DNA from: Eledone cirrhosa
Taxonomy: Eukaryota
DNA length: 64,000 bases
Reading direction: 5' to 3'
Assembly: GCA_964016885.1 (NCBI GenBank)
Contig: OZ024740.1
Location: 390,786,001 to 390,850,000 of the forward strand
The notes below the pieces were generated by a model. That model saw only the letters and a program-made list of their open reading frames with translations. It did no database searches and was not told the DNA's origin. Positions 13,201 to 26,497 of this stretch are shown one piece after another (the stretch's first letter is position 1; each line of letters opens with the position of its first letter). The position numbers were made by a program, and so were the translations under genes.

Positions 13201-13680
13201 TGAAGATAATTGTCTTTCGAAATGTTTCCAGACGAATTTCTGGTGGTGAGCTTATCTGAAATCCCTCGTTGTCACTGAAAGTGATAAACTCCTTTGCTTC
13301 AGAGAGCATCTGTTTCGCTTTGGAGATATCGAGATCTTTGAATTCATGTGTCTTGATGACTGTTTGCGCAAAAGTTCTTTTGGTGTTGTTGTTGTTGTTG
13401 TGGTGGTGGTGGTTGTCGGGTTTTCCGTTTGTAGTTGTGTCAATTGTTTTATTTTCTGTTGTTTTTTCCGTCTGTTGTACTATGTGTGGTTCGATAGATA
13501 GTTTATATATTAGATCTGTATGTAACCCCGCTCTTTGTTTATGTAACTGTGGGAATCCTTATATCTTCTGTCTGTTCTATATGGCGGAAGCCTTCCTATA
13601 AACGATTCGATATGATGTACTCCGTAACATGTTTCTCATCCACGAGACTCAACCTGCGGAGAGCAGTTTGTAGAACGCTG
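10256..13680 (-). mobile_element. Tx1/L1-like LINE, 3'-truncated: ORF1 with zinc knuckle, ORF2 with APE and start of RT
   Basis: ORF1 pieces at 11911-13443 include CFRCNSTTHLKASC. ORF2 from ~11868 has GTVDVRGL, GDWN, SYLDRFF, SDHKLV, GPGYWKL and KSPGLDGLPYEFY. Frameshifted. Confidence 0.88.
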
Positions 13681-13742
13681 GATCAGTAAATTACGTTGGC
13701 TTTTCTGCCTTTGCCATTAAATTGATCTAATTCCTCAAAATT

Positions 13743-13803
<61 letters not shown>

Positions 13804-13877
13804 CACACACACACACACATATATGTGTGTGTGTGTGTGTGTGTAAAAGGTAAACAGATATATATATATATATATAT

Positions 13878-14340
13878 TCATTTAGGTTTGTTGGTTCACC
13901 ACTGGATAGAACTGGTCATTCCGTATAGTCAACCATGATTTAATATTAGGAAAAGCACTCGACCTATGCAACACACCCATCTTCCTTTATGTTTCATCTT
14001 GCTGGTGGTGCGAGAACGGAATTAATTATTGAGTAAAATGACAGGAGGCTGGACTGGTGAAATTCCTTAAAGGTTTATTATAAACACTATGCGCATTTCA
14101 ATGACCCGGTTCTGCAGGGACCCGGTGACATCATCAAGTGTTACGTAATTTATCTAATAAAGAAATATAATAATGGTTTTGTTGGATTGTGTCTACCATT
14201 ATTATATTCCTTTATTAGATAAATTACATAACACTTGATGATGTCACCGGGTCCCTGCAGAACCCGGTCATTGAAATGTGCATAGTGTTTATAATAAACC
14301 TTTAAGGAATTTCACCAGTCCAGCCTCCTGTCATTTTACT

Positions 14341-14347
<7 letters not shown>
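13878..14347. mobile_element. Fold-back PLE terminal-repeat insertion with 153-bp arms and variant hammerhead (14230-14289)
   Basis: 14025-14177 is the reverse complement of 14195-14347. Motif: AACAC-TTGATGA-TGTCACCGGGT...ACCCGGTCATT-GAAA-TGTGCATA-GTGTT. Confidence 0.85.
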
Positions 14348-14377
<30 letters not shown>

Positions 14378-14770
14378 ATAATAATAAATTTGAAGACTAA
14401 AATCCAAAGAGGGCTCAATAAGGATAAATATATATCATATATATAAGAACCGTAGAGCAAATATTTATTAAAAATAACAGATTAAAGTTTAAGCAAAGAA
14501 TCGGTGCTTTCACTCTTAACGGGATCTTCTGAAACTAAAAAAAAAACAATCTGTGAACGCAGAAGTAAATATTTCGAAAAACGTTGCAACCGAAGGAAGA
14601 CAGGAAGACGATACTTTGGTTCGTGGAAACGTTCCCTGGCAAAGAACGGAAAAAAAACGAAGATTAATACGTCATTATTTGGAGCGGTGAAAAACAATTA
14701 CACGCAAAGACAAAACCACGTTTATGGTATAACTGAAGTCGTAGACTAAACTTCTATTTAGGAAACCGAA

Positions 14771-15048
<278 letters not shown>

Positions 15049-15282
15049 CTAGGGGTGTATCTATGAGGGATAAAAACGTGTTTCAGACATTGACCTTGAC
15101 ATTTAACGAGAAGGGTGAACGTGGGAGGGGGGGGGGGCAGATTTTTTTTAATTATTTCTTTTTTTTTTCCTATTAGTATTAGGGGAGTTAACTGGAGAAT
15201 AGGAAATATTCTCAGAGTAGATATTGCGTAAGGATGTATTGTAATAAGGGGCTGCCTACGTTTCACTATTCAATTCTTATCA

Positions 15283-15772
15283 TCTATATATATATATAAA
15301 ACTGAGGATGACTGTTTGTGTGTGTGAGTTTGAATCCCTAAAACTCGAGAAGTACCCAACCGATGTTTTTAAAACTTTACATGTGTATTACTTATGTTTC
15401 AGGGAGTGTTATGCACATAAAAAATCCAACTTTTTGCTCCCCTAGAGCCCGCATTAGGTGAAAAACTGCGTTTTTTTTATAGCTTTTTAGGTGGTTTTTG
15501 AGGCGTTACGTCTATCCGATTTTCCCGAAATTTCAAGGCATATTATGCACATAAAAAAATTCATTTTCTTGATCCCCTAGGGTCGGCATTAGGTGAAAAC
15601 CTGCATTTTTCCTGCTTCATCGAGGAAAATCTTAAAGATTATCCAGCCATCAGAGTATTCGGTTTATTTTCTTTACATATTATCCAGGCATGCAGTTTTT
15701 CCACGATTAGGTCTGTTGGCGGCCCGCGTTCCAAAATACCTTATCCCTTGCAACGCCGGGTACCACTGCTAG
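15283..15772 (+). mobile_element. Non-autonomous Helitron
   Basis: Starts TCTATATATA after A. Ends with the small hairpin CCCTTGCAACGCCGGG and CTAG before T. Internal duplication of TTATGCACATAAAAAA...GCATTAGGTGAAAA. Confidence 0.8.
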
Positions 15773-16684
15773 TATCCTATAAAACGTTCTTCAAAGAATG
15801 GCGAGGTAATTTAATTGATTTTCAAACTAGTAAACAACTAAGATTTTGTACTTAGTGTTGTTTCTTTAATTCTGTGGCAATGATGAGGAAACAAATCCTT
15901 AGTTTAAACAACTTTGTGTTCAGTTTTTGCAAATTAATTTGATTTCAGAATAGGAATATCCTATTAAGTGTAGAAAATATTACAATTGCTTTTTTTCTTT
16001 CATAAATCCAATTATTGTTATATCAACATTTCGTTTTAATGAAACACATATACAATATCTATATATATCAGTAACATATACAGATATACTGTATAAATGT
16101 TTTCTATGAACACAAAAATAATCTAAATGTTATTGCTTTGTTTGTATTGGTTGTTTATATCATTTAGTAATTTACAATTGAGCAAATTTCGTTATTCTAC
16201 GATTGTATTTAGATAGGTTGAGTGTGACAGGTCAGAATATCATTTATGCATATTTTCCTACATTCTGGTTGCTTGAATAAGGAAAAAAAAAAGCAGTTAA
16301 CGATTGAAATTAAAACAAAGATGTATATTGAGAGAGACAAACAGAAAAGAAGAAGATATATTTTATTAACGAATGTGATATATGATAGTGAGAGAGTAAG
16401 AGAAGGGGAGAAAGCGAGAAATAAAGGTGTGTAGAAATAATATTTGTGAAGAATTCTCAATCATAACCAAATAAAGGGGTCCAATTAATGAAGATTCTAA
16501 GTAGAATATGCGACTTATATAAGAAATTAACATATATAATTTGTTTTTGCTGTTGTTGGCCTGATGAAGCATACCTCTTATCGAGGACATTCTACTCGTG
16601 GCCATCCCATTTTGTTATGATATTTTAATGTGTATTTCCCTGTTTTAAAAAGATAGGTTCTGGTTTGAGAGATATCGACAGTCG

Positions 16685-16893
16685 ATCGACTTTCGTCAAA
16701 TCGGACCGAGGAAACAATGTTTCCGTTGGTCTTTCCAATTGCTAGTACTCTCTATCGGTCGCAACTCCAGGTAGAAGGAGCAACGTGAAATAAAGTGTCT
16801 TGCTCAAGGACATAACGCATCGCCCGGTCCGGGAATCGAACTTACAACCTCACGATTAGGAATCCAATTCTCTAACCACTCGGCCACACGCCT
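16685..16893 (-). mobile_element. tRNA-derived SINE, copy 2
   Basis: Near-identical to 3500-3712. Confidence 0.8.
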
Positions 16894-17337
16894 TGAGAGA
16901 TATGTGGCTGTTATATATATAGGCGATCGAGGGACTACATAAAATCTTCCTTGCTAGCTCATCAAGTTCTTCTCCTGGTATTGTTTCGACCCAGGTCGAT
17001 GTTCAATGCAATTTTAAAAGTGATAATCACACCATTTGCTAATGTTTAGTGTAGTGAAGGTCCACATTATCAAATGTTTTTTTTTTTTCATTTCTACATC
17101 CTTATGGTGATTTGGGGAAGATTTGATTGTTATATCTAGATGATTGAGTGACTGCACGTAAGATCACTTGGTAGTTCACTTGAAGTTCTGTAGATCGGAA
17201 TTGTATCATGTGAAAGATATTTACAATGAAAAGATAATGAAACAAAATAAACGATTAGAACAAAATACAAAATAAAAGAAAAGAAACCAAACATTAACAA
17301 GAATAGTTAAGGCAGAGAAATTTTAATCAAAAATATA

Positions 17338-17491
17338 CAGTGAAATTCCGTTATAACGAAATTCTCGGGGTATAAAAAAATTCATTGAAACGAAAAATTC
17401 TTTATAACGAGATCGATCTAACACATCGAGCATGTGGCCAGGAATTGAAAAATTCGTTATAATGGTATTCGTTATAACGGAATTTTACCTG
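17338..17491. mobile_element. Tc1/mariner (pogo/Tigger-type) MITE
   Basis: TIRs CAGTGAAATTCCGTTATAACGA / TCGTTATAACGGAATTTTACCTG with TA on both sides. Confidence 0.8.
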
Positions 17492-18433
17492 TATATGCTA
17501 TGAGGGAATGTTATTAGTTCAATGAATAATTATATATTAATTATTAATCTGATAGTGATTATAGTATAACAAAAAAGAGTAAGCTTGAAAAATTAGTACA
17601 TTAAAAAGAAAGGAATCACTGAGGTTAAGTAGACGGAGGAATAATTTTGATGTACATGGCATTGAATAATTGACATTAGTATATACGTTTCAAGTAATTG
17701 AATTGATAAAATCGTTAGAGCGTCGGACAAATGCTTAGCAGTATTTGTTTCGGTTCATGTTCTGAGTTAAAATTCTGACAATGTTAAAATTTCCTGTCAT
17801 CCATCTGAAGATGATAAAATAAAATAGCAGTTAAATACAGGAATCGATATAACTGACATAACCATCTCCTAAATTGCTGTTTTGTTAAAAATACTTGAGT
17901 GTATATAACAATGAAAATAACTCATCGCTAGAACAGCCGTTAAAATAGCTAAATGCTGTCAAAGACAGCAATGGGCAAAAATACCTCAGAGGGCTGAGAC
18001 ACTTGTTATTATAGTTGTTTATTAGGTGCAAATATTCATGAATTAACAGAGCCTATTTCCGTAGATAACAAAATACTCATCTTTATGACATGAAATATGA
18101 GAAACATATAGGAATGAACAGTAAGTTTATAATGTTTAGCTTTTTCCCACTCAATGACGATTAGTAATAGTGATTAGTAATAGTGATTAGTACGCGAGTG
18201 TATAATTGTTTCTACTTTAAGCACAATGCCAGCAATTTGAAGTGGAGGGGAAAGTTGATTAAATCGACCCCAGTACATTACTGGTGCTTTATTTATCGAC
18301 CCCGTGAGGTCTTGCCTTGAGCTATCGATAGTGAAACACATCTAATATGTTATTAAATATGCTATGATGCAACACTGAATCCTTGTTCCTTATTCTTATA
18401 GTATATATATATATATATATTTACACACACGCA

Positions 18434-18502
<69 letters not shown>

Positions 18503-18523
18503 GAAAGATGAACAAAACTTTAG

Positions 18524-18631
18524 GAAAATGTTTAACCCCGATGGCGGAGCTCAAGCCGTTTCGACGGCTATTTCAGTCCTGAAATAGCCGTCGAAACGGC
18601 TTGAGCTCTGCCATCGGGGTTAAACATTTTC
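18524..18631. repeat. 108-nt near-perfect palindrome (53-bp arms, 2-nt loop)
   Basis: 18524-18576 pairs with 18579-18631 with one G/A mismatch. Lies between (CA)n and (TA)n. Confidence 0.92.
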
Positions 18632-18807
18632 ATATATATATATATATATATTTACTTAATCATCAGATCATCAGCGCTTCAGGAGGCCTATCATTGAAAG
18701 TGTTCTAGACTTCACAGTAACATGTTTTTGTATATGACGAATGATATTTTTTTCAAATAATCTTAAACGCATATAATAATCCACTACCCGTAAATTTATA
18801 TGATAAT

Positions 18808-19452
18808 GGTTTCTGATTTAGGCATAACGCCAACAATTTTCGGGGGTGGGGAGTCAATTATATCAATCCAGTGCATTACTGGTATTTTATTTTATCGATC
18901 CCGTAAGGAAGAAAGGCAAAGTTAACCTCGGTGGGGTTTGAACGCAGAACGTAAAGGGCCGTAACTACATGCCGCAAAGCATGTTGTCCGACGCTCTTAC
19001 GACACTACCAATTCACCGTCTTGAAACTTATATAATAAAGTTTCTGATTCCGGCACAAAGCCAACAATTTTGGGAGCAGGAACAGTCGATTAAATCCACC
19101 CCAGGATAAAAAGCAAAGCTAAACTCGGCGGGATTTGAACTCAGTACGTAAAAGGCCGTAACTATATGCCGCAAAGCATGTTGTTCGACGCTCTACTGAT
19201 ATTGCCAATCCCCCACCCTTAAACGTATATAATAATGATTCCTACTATAGGCACAAGGCCAGCAATTTTGGGGAAGTGGAAAGTCTATTAAATTGACACC
19301 AGTGCATTACTGGTGCTTTGTTTTATCGACCCCGTAAGGATGAAAGGCAAAGTTAACCTCGGCGGGATTTGAACTCAGATCATAAAGGGCCGTAACTATA
19401 TGCCGCAAAGCAAGGTGTCCGACGCTCTACCGATATTGCTAATCCACCACCT
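18808..19452 (-). mobile_element. Three tandem copies of an octopod-type tRNA-derived SINE
   Basis: Repeated ...TTTATCGACCCCGTAAGGATGAAAGGCAAAGTTAACCTCGGCGGGATTTGAACTCAG...CGACGCTCT. Further copies or fragments at ~18205-18305, 26558-26742, 34003-34070 and 55660-55750. Confidence 0.85.
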
Positions 19453-19799
19453 TAAACGTATATGATAATGGCTTCTAATTTAAATATTCGAGAAGAACAA
19501 AAACGGTAGTTGTGAGATCAAAGGAAGGAATCTCACAGAATTAAGAAGCTACAGTGGCTTTAGCAAAATTATCGGCCATTTGATCAGCTAGAAATAGCAT
19601 CCAAATCTTCCTGAAATCACATCCTTCAGTATTAGAAAAAATATGCAATGTATCTTTGAGCTTCCTGCACATAGGAAAGGGACTAAATTGCTACAACTGG
19701 AATGCACGAAGGTGGGAACAAAAAAGAACAAGAACAACCACTAAAATATTGATATGCGTGGATAAATTTCCAATAAAAGAGTTATTAGGAAACCTACAA

Positions 19800-22200
19800 T
19801 TGTGGTAGTTGAACAACATCAAGTTATAAGATAGGGAGGATTTGACAGAAAATATGAAGCTGGCTTATGACAAGAAAGAAGCGAATAAAGTGGAATTCCT
19901 TCGTGACTGGATGTCTTCTGCAACACAAGCATTGTTAATTCGGCATTTGGTGTTTTCATGAGAGACTTTTGGCCATCGGGAATAGGCGTTATTCATCATG
20001 ACCGTATTCAGTATTCCTGGAGAAATGGACCGCGGTACTCAGCATGGACGCGTTACCAAGGTTGATAATTTGTTGGTCATGGTTTCCACTCTGAAGTCTT
20101 ATGTTTACTCATTTCAACAGGCGACGAAGAGATTAAGAATCCCTAAGGAAATGTAAGAGTTCAATCTTCTTCAATCCTTCTACCACTGCTGTCGAGAATT
20201 CCTTACTTAAATAATTATTTCTACAACAGTTGAAATGGACCTAAAGATTGAATTCTTAGATAGTTCCTTGGCTGCTGAAGAAGTTCAAGACTACTTAGAT
20301 CGTGTCGATTTTTGGGTAGAGGCAATGGAAAATCTTTCGGAAAAGGGTATTATGAGTTCTTTCCTAACTTCAACTGGAAAGGATGTATTTTCACTGATGA
20401 AGAAATTGATTTATCCGAAAGATCTCAAATCAAGGACCTTAACAGAAATTCAGGAAGTTCTTCGCAATCATTTCAAACCGGCAAAGTTTCAAGCAACTCG
20501 GAGGATGAAATTCAACTCATTAGTGCGTGATGAATCGGTGCCCCTCCATCAATTCATCTTGAAATTACAATACCAGTCAATCCGATGTGAAAATAGAGGC
20601 CAGCTAGACACAACGCTCCGGGATCGTCTCATTGCCGGAATAAACAACCACGGTATTCAGAGTAAACAGCTCTTCGAAAATCCGACATTCCAAGACTTAC
20701 GTATAGTCTGCGAGAAGGCTGGGTGTGTGCGGAAAATCGTCAGTGAGACAGCTGTCCTATTCCTGAAGAATCGATAGACAAGGCAACTCGAAACAGGAAA
20801 ACAAACGAAGTGGTTAGTTCAATTCTTGTTATTCTTGTGGCGACAGACACCTAAGACAACAGTGTAAATTTCGTAATATTATTTACAGAAGATACCATAT
20901 GTCAGAGCACATATCTCGAGTGTATAGAAGTAAGGCGTTTATAACCATAGCAAACCTAAGTTATTACCGCAATTCAGTTACCTTTGCAACCACAGGCTCA
21001 TGACATTGATTTCAGCATTGACACAGGTAGCGTAGAATCGTTGATAAGCCTGAATTTCGTCAAAAACTTTTATCCTCAAGCAAAAATACGTTCACCTGTT
21101 GACAAAATATTCAGTGTAACTGGACACAAAGTATAGCTGGTAGGACAGACTAGCATTCCTATTTATAACTCGAATAACCAGCTGCAAACTTGTCACTTTC
21201 AAGTATCCAAATCTGATTGCTCAATTATTGGTCTTGACTCTATAAAGTCTTGAATATTTCTTTAACCTTTTCCATTCGATATATTTCTGGCACTCAGGAA
21301 CTGATAGACCGTTGTACAAAATACAGCGGTCTCGTTAAAATTCCAAAAATCTACATTGATGTAGCCAGAGAACCTATACTTATGAAAATACACGTGATCT
21401 CATATGGTTTGAGAGACGCAGTTAAGCATGAATTATACAAGATGGCATTCTAAATCCCGTAAATGTATCTTAATTGTCATCATCGATTGTGACACCAATG
21501 AAGCATGATGGTGTGACCCCTAAGTCATGGTACCCTAGGATATGTGGCGATTTCACAATCACCGTTAATAAAGTTTTACAGAATTATGGGTGTGCAACAG
21601 AGTAGCCGGAAGATATATTAAATGAATTGAATCCATCCACAATATTTTCGACTATATATTTGACTTTTACAGAAGAAAAGAGATTTCGGTAACCCCTGAT
21701 GGTACCTTTTACTTGAATGACCACATTATTGTTCTGCTTACACTGCGTAAACCGGTACTTGAAGATCTTCATTCCAGACATCTTGATGTTGAGAAGATAA
21801 AATTGTGGTCCCATCAGACAGTATGGTGGCCAGAGATAAATACAGATATACTATAAATTGTAAAAAAATTACTCAGCATGCCAAAGCGGTAAAACTAAGT
21901 TTTCAAAGTGGAAACGATGGCCAATAAATTATCAACCTTGAAACGCGTTCATGCCGACTGCTGCGGGCTATTTCTCCAGCAATACTATGCGATCGTGATG
22001 ATTGACGCCTATTTCCGATGGCCAGGAGTCTCTCACGAAAACACTAAATGCCGAATTCACGATGCTTTTTAAAGAATACCTATTTGGAGAATGTTATTTG
22101 CAGAAGATGGTTTTCACAGTGAATTTTACCATATACACTATCTTAAAATGCTTGAAAATTGTAACAATCGTAGACTTTTTGTTAAATTAAGTTTGGTAAA
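19800..22200 (+). mobile_element. Degenerate Ty3/gypsy (Mag-like) LTR retrotransposon
   Basis: LTR end TTTCAACA is followed by PBS-like GGCGACGAAG at 20120. Gag at 20235-20777 (LRDRLIAGI), protease DFSIDTGS ~21005, RT PRICGDF ~21535, integrase VHAD...IDAYFRWP ~21950. Many stops. Confidence 0.8.
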
Positions 22201-22688
22201 TTCATAATTTTGAGCAACATATCGACTGAATATACACGAGATATATGTCTAATTCGCTAATGCTAATTCTAAACTACGTGATATATTAAATATGCTGTGC
22301 GAGGTCCCTTTCCGAACAAAATCAGAATACATGATGTGAAAGTTGGGAATTATACTACATTAAAATATCCCAACGAACAAAATATATATGGAATGAAATC
22401 AAAATAAATCAATAAAGGTCAATAAATAAACTAAATTGGAATAAAGCAAATGAAACACGTGTTCTAATTCAATCACATCATTATTTAATTAATTTTCCTC
22501 ATCACATAGAATACTCTCGTTCACTTGATGTCAACAGCAAGATAACCCCAACCACTAAAATCTTTTAACCACAAAATCAATATTAAGGAATATCTGGGTG
22601 GGGAATTGGCAGACACAGTAAGGGGCTGAGAAAAATGCACTGCAGAACTTAGTTACCATGTCCTACATTTTCAGTTGAGTGAGTCCTG

Positions 22689-22861
22689 TCTCCTCCGCTT
22701 TGCGTTCCGGTGTCCTCCGCTTTGCGTTCCGGTCTCCTCTGATTTGAGATCCGATCTCCTCCGCTTTGCGTTCCGGTCTCCTCCGCTTTGCGTTCCGGTG
22801 TCCTCCGCTTTGCATTCCGGTCTCCTCCGCTTTGAATTCCGGTCTCCTCCGCTTTGCGTTC
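22689..22861 (+). repeat. 22-bp minisatellite (~8 copies of TCTCCTCCGCTTTGCGTTCCGG)
   Basis: Direct tandem copies with no spacers. May lie within an LTR-like remnant at ~22290-23080. Confidence 0.9.
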
Positions 22862-24111
22862 AAATTCCGTTGAGGTCATCTTTACTTTTCGTCAATTTGA
22901 GATCGATAAATAAAGCACCATTCCAATACTGATGTCGATTCGTCTCTCTCTCTCTCTCGCTCTCTCTCTCTCTCTTTCCTGGAGGAAACCGGCTGTGTTC
23001 AGAGCTGGAGAAGGAGGGGTGTTGCGATGTCTAGATTTCCAAGACATGCCATATATCACTACGACGCCCCTCCAGTTAAATCAGTAATTCAGCATCCAAG
23101 CATGGCATAGAAGGACGTTCTAATATCCTACTCTACATGACTTTGTCTGTTAAACTCCTAGTGTAACTACTGTATAATTTATGTACCGGCTTCGATTCTG
23201 TCAATTATACACATTTATTAAAACTTTAGAAAGGAAATACTGCATTCTAAACGTACAAGTGCATTTGTTCTTAAATGAAATGAGATTAAAATTTGAAAGC
23301 TTGTGTTTAAAGAGTTAACTTTCTAATATTAATATAGATTCAGTTAGGTAGAGTTGACAAACTCTATGCAATATACAAAAAGGTTATAGATGATGTATCA
23401 AACTGGCAATCAATGCATAAAGAAGTCTACGGATCCTGTCCAATAAGCATCTACATAATTTCCGTCTATTCAGCCTTGAGACAACAGGAAACTATTGTAA
23501 TATTTACTTGCTGAACATGTTTTTCAATTGACTCAAATCCCGGAGAAAAGAAAGGGGTTTTAGAAATGGAAACAGGAGCACAGCATGAGTGAAAGGGAGC
23601 AAATAAGTGTCAGATATGTAGAGATAGAATGACTTATAGCAAGCTAGAAAAGGTGAAGCAATCTGTATTAAAATGTGTAGAAGACTAAAAGCAATATAAT
23701 GCTACTGGAAGCATTTCATTTTTTTCGTTCTTTATTAGAAATCAATCAAATTTTCGTATTATATATAAATAACTTTTCATTATATTTCCCATTTCCGAGT
23801 TATTTGTTAAATTAGTTTCAAATTGGAAAATATGAATATGAACCAGAAGACATTTTGTATTTTTCTTTTATGCATATATTTTGCTCCTACATTTTAGTTC
23901 TCTGTGATAGATACGTATTTTAATGTTATAAACTTTTACATTTCGGCTAAAACTAGAAGAAAAAAATCTGATTATTCAGATTGCTTCCAGCAGGAAGCAG
24001 CAGACTCACCAAAACCAATCAGAAGATAATTATAAAATGGTGTTTGTCTCTTCAATGTCAGAATAAGTTTAAAATATATGTACCTATTCACAAAATAATA
24101 TATTACATTTA

Positions 24112-24150
<39 letters not shown>

Positions 24151-24199
24151 AGAGATGTCAACATGAATGGACCTGTTATTTTTATCTAAAGACATTTTT

Positions 24200-24372
24200 T
24201 CCAATTCCACCACGTCCATCCCCTCAACCTATCTTATTTCTCAATCTTTCTTCTGATGAAGGACTAGCGACCGAAACGTTAAGATCCTCTTCCTGCTATT
24301 TCAAGCGTTAACCTAATATATTCCTTCCATATACTGTACCCATTGTGTTGTTATTTCTGTTTACCTTTTACA
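24200..24372 (+). mobile_element. PLE terminal-repeat fragment with hammerhead motif (24249-24284)
   Basis: TCTT-CTGATGA-AGGACTAGCGACC-GAAA-CGTT-AAGA. The 3' end TGTTTACCTTTTA recurs at 26430-26497 (minus) and 27860-27893. Confidence 0.75.
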
Positions 24373-24380
24373 TACATACA

Positions 24381-24468
<88 letters not shown>

Positions 24469-24474
24469 AATATA

Positions 24475-25368
24475 CGAGGTGGGTCAGAAGTTCCAGGACT
24501 GATGTCACAAAAGATTTATTTCAAACCCAAACTTCACACTAAGAGTTTTCTCCTTCAAAGAAATCCCCCTGGAGTCTAATGCACTTTTCCATCTTTTTCT
24601 GCCACACTTGCATGCACTCCTGGAAGGATTCTTCCGGGATCCTCCGCAGTTCCGTCGTCACGGCCTTTGATGTCGTCCACGTCTTCAAAACGGGTCCCCT
24701 CCGCCTCGTACTCGAAGATCCATGACTCATCACCGGTGATGACTGTCCCTAGCAAGTCTGGTTCGGTTTCAAGACGCTTGAGGATGTCCTGGTACACTTG
24801 TATGCGCCGACCCTTCTGGTCATCGTTCAGCAGTTTTGGCACCATCTTCGCGCAGACTTTCCGCATGTCCAAATCTTCAGTGAGAATCTTCCAGACGCTG
24901 TCCCGATTCATGCCCAGCTCCTTTGCCATCAGTCGAACAGTCAGCCGACGATCGCAATGCACCATCTGCCTGACGCGCTCAACGTTGACCTCAGTCCTGG
25001 TTGTTGAGAGCCTTCCACTCCTGGGGTCATCTTCCACGTCCTCGCGTCCTTCTTTAAACCTCTTGCACCACTCAAAAACACGTGAGCGTGACATCGTCTC
25101 ATCTCCATACACTTGCTGCAGCAATCCCAGTGCTTCTGACGGAGTTTTCAAGTTTGTTCGTTGCTCTGTGCTCATTGCTTGACGACCTGAAACAGAGGAG
25201 ACATGTATATAAAATTATGAAGAAAAAAGTTTGATCACTGCAGATAGATAAGATTACAGTTACATACTCCAGGGGGATTACTTTGAAGGAGAAAACTCTT
25301 AGTGTGAAGTTTGGGTTTGAAATAAATCTTTTGTGACATCAGTCCTGGAACTTTTCTGCCCCATCTCG
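24475..25368 (-). mobile_element. Internally deleted mariner element with ~100-bp inverted termini
   Basis: ORF 24576-25175 has SRSRVFEWCKRF, PRSGR, MVPKLL and ITGDESW. Inverted repeats at 24475-24575 and 25266-25368. TA at both ends. Confidence 0.92.
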
Positions 25369-25525
<157 letters not shown>

Positions 25526-25939
25526 ATATATATATATATTCCTCTTTATTCGAGGTCACGTGTCAGGACAGCATTGAACTGCTAGAATCGGCGAAGCTAG
25601 CGTTCTGTGTAGATGTGTTCACTTTGAAGACCAAAAGAGAGTAATCCTGCTGAAGATGCGCTTCGGCTACATTGCAATTCCCTGCATACACGTTTACTTT
25701 TAATATCAACTGTTATAGACAGAATACTCCGCAGAATCGAGATCCGTCCAGGAATTTGATACTGAAGTATCATTACCAAAACACTGCCATCTTACTTACT
25801 AATTAACTATTATATACATTCTGAATGTTAGCTTGCATTTTCTCACTTGCAAGCCTATTATCTCATTAAGTGAGTAGTGACCGGAACTCGCTGAAATAAA
25901 TTCCATGACCTTCGTAAACGATTTTTTTTTTTTTTTGTC

Positions 25940-26100
25940 TTTACTGGACCTATTTTCTGTTTCTCCATTGTGATCCTCTCTCTATTTGTACTCCTGAAGA
26001 AGGGCTTAAGCCCGATACGTCAAACTTTCTTTCCTTTTTCCAATATAAAGCGTGAAACTAATAAGACTTTTTGTCCCTCTGTTTGTTGTTTCCTTGAACT
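25940..26100 (+). mobile_element. PLE terminal-repeat fragment with degenerate hammerhead
   Basis: CTGAAGA-AGGGC-TTAA-GCCC-GATA-CGTC at 25994-26021, with GAAA changed to GATA. Confidence 0.55.
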
Positions 26101-26115
26101 AAATATATATATATA

Positions 26116-26398
26116 TATTGTTATACTTGGGGAGGGTCATATTGTTGTAATAATATTGCCAGAAATAATAACAGAACACACTCACTGTTTGGTTGGTTTT
26201 CGCTTCTGTATCTTTTATATCTCCATAGTTAATTTATTTGATAATCAATATTTATCATTGACTGACCAACCGTTAAAAATACAGATATAAATATATATAT
26301 ATATAGTCTAACAAAGTTCTTTCGTTGCACATGTGCAACATCATCAGTGGTACTATTATCATGTTTCCACCTATTGTATTGTAATGTTTACGCCACTT
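26116..26398 (-). mobile_element. PLE terminal-repeat fragment with hammerhead (26312-26350, minus)
   Basis: Minus strand CTGATGA-T-GTTGCAC-AT-GTGCAAC-GAAA-GAACTTTG. The terminus TTGTTAT...GGGAGGGTCAT is shared with the 9126 element. Confidence 0.72.
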
Positions 26399-26497
26399 AT
26401 ATATATATCTGTGTGTGTGTGTGTGTGTGTATAAAAGGTAAACAGAAATAACAACACAATCGGTACAGTATATGGAAGGGATATATTAGGTTAACGC

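Noticed and set aside
13680-13740. snRNA (U5/U2-like) target site upstream of the Tx1-like element
   Set aside because: Only a vague resemblance (TTTCTGCCTTT), with no convincing alignment.
16560-16600. CTGATGA as another hammerhead
   Set aside because: No GAAA or compatible stems follow.
22689-22861. 22-bp repeats as a CRISPR array
   Set aside because: The units are directly adjacent with no unique spacers, there are no cas genes, and the context is eukaryotic.
25540-25800. Solo LTR fragment
   Set aside because: Composition and a minus-strand AATAAA are suggestive, but there is no partner copy, TG/CA termini or TSD.
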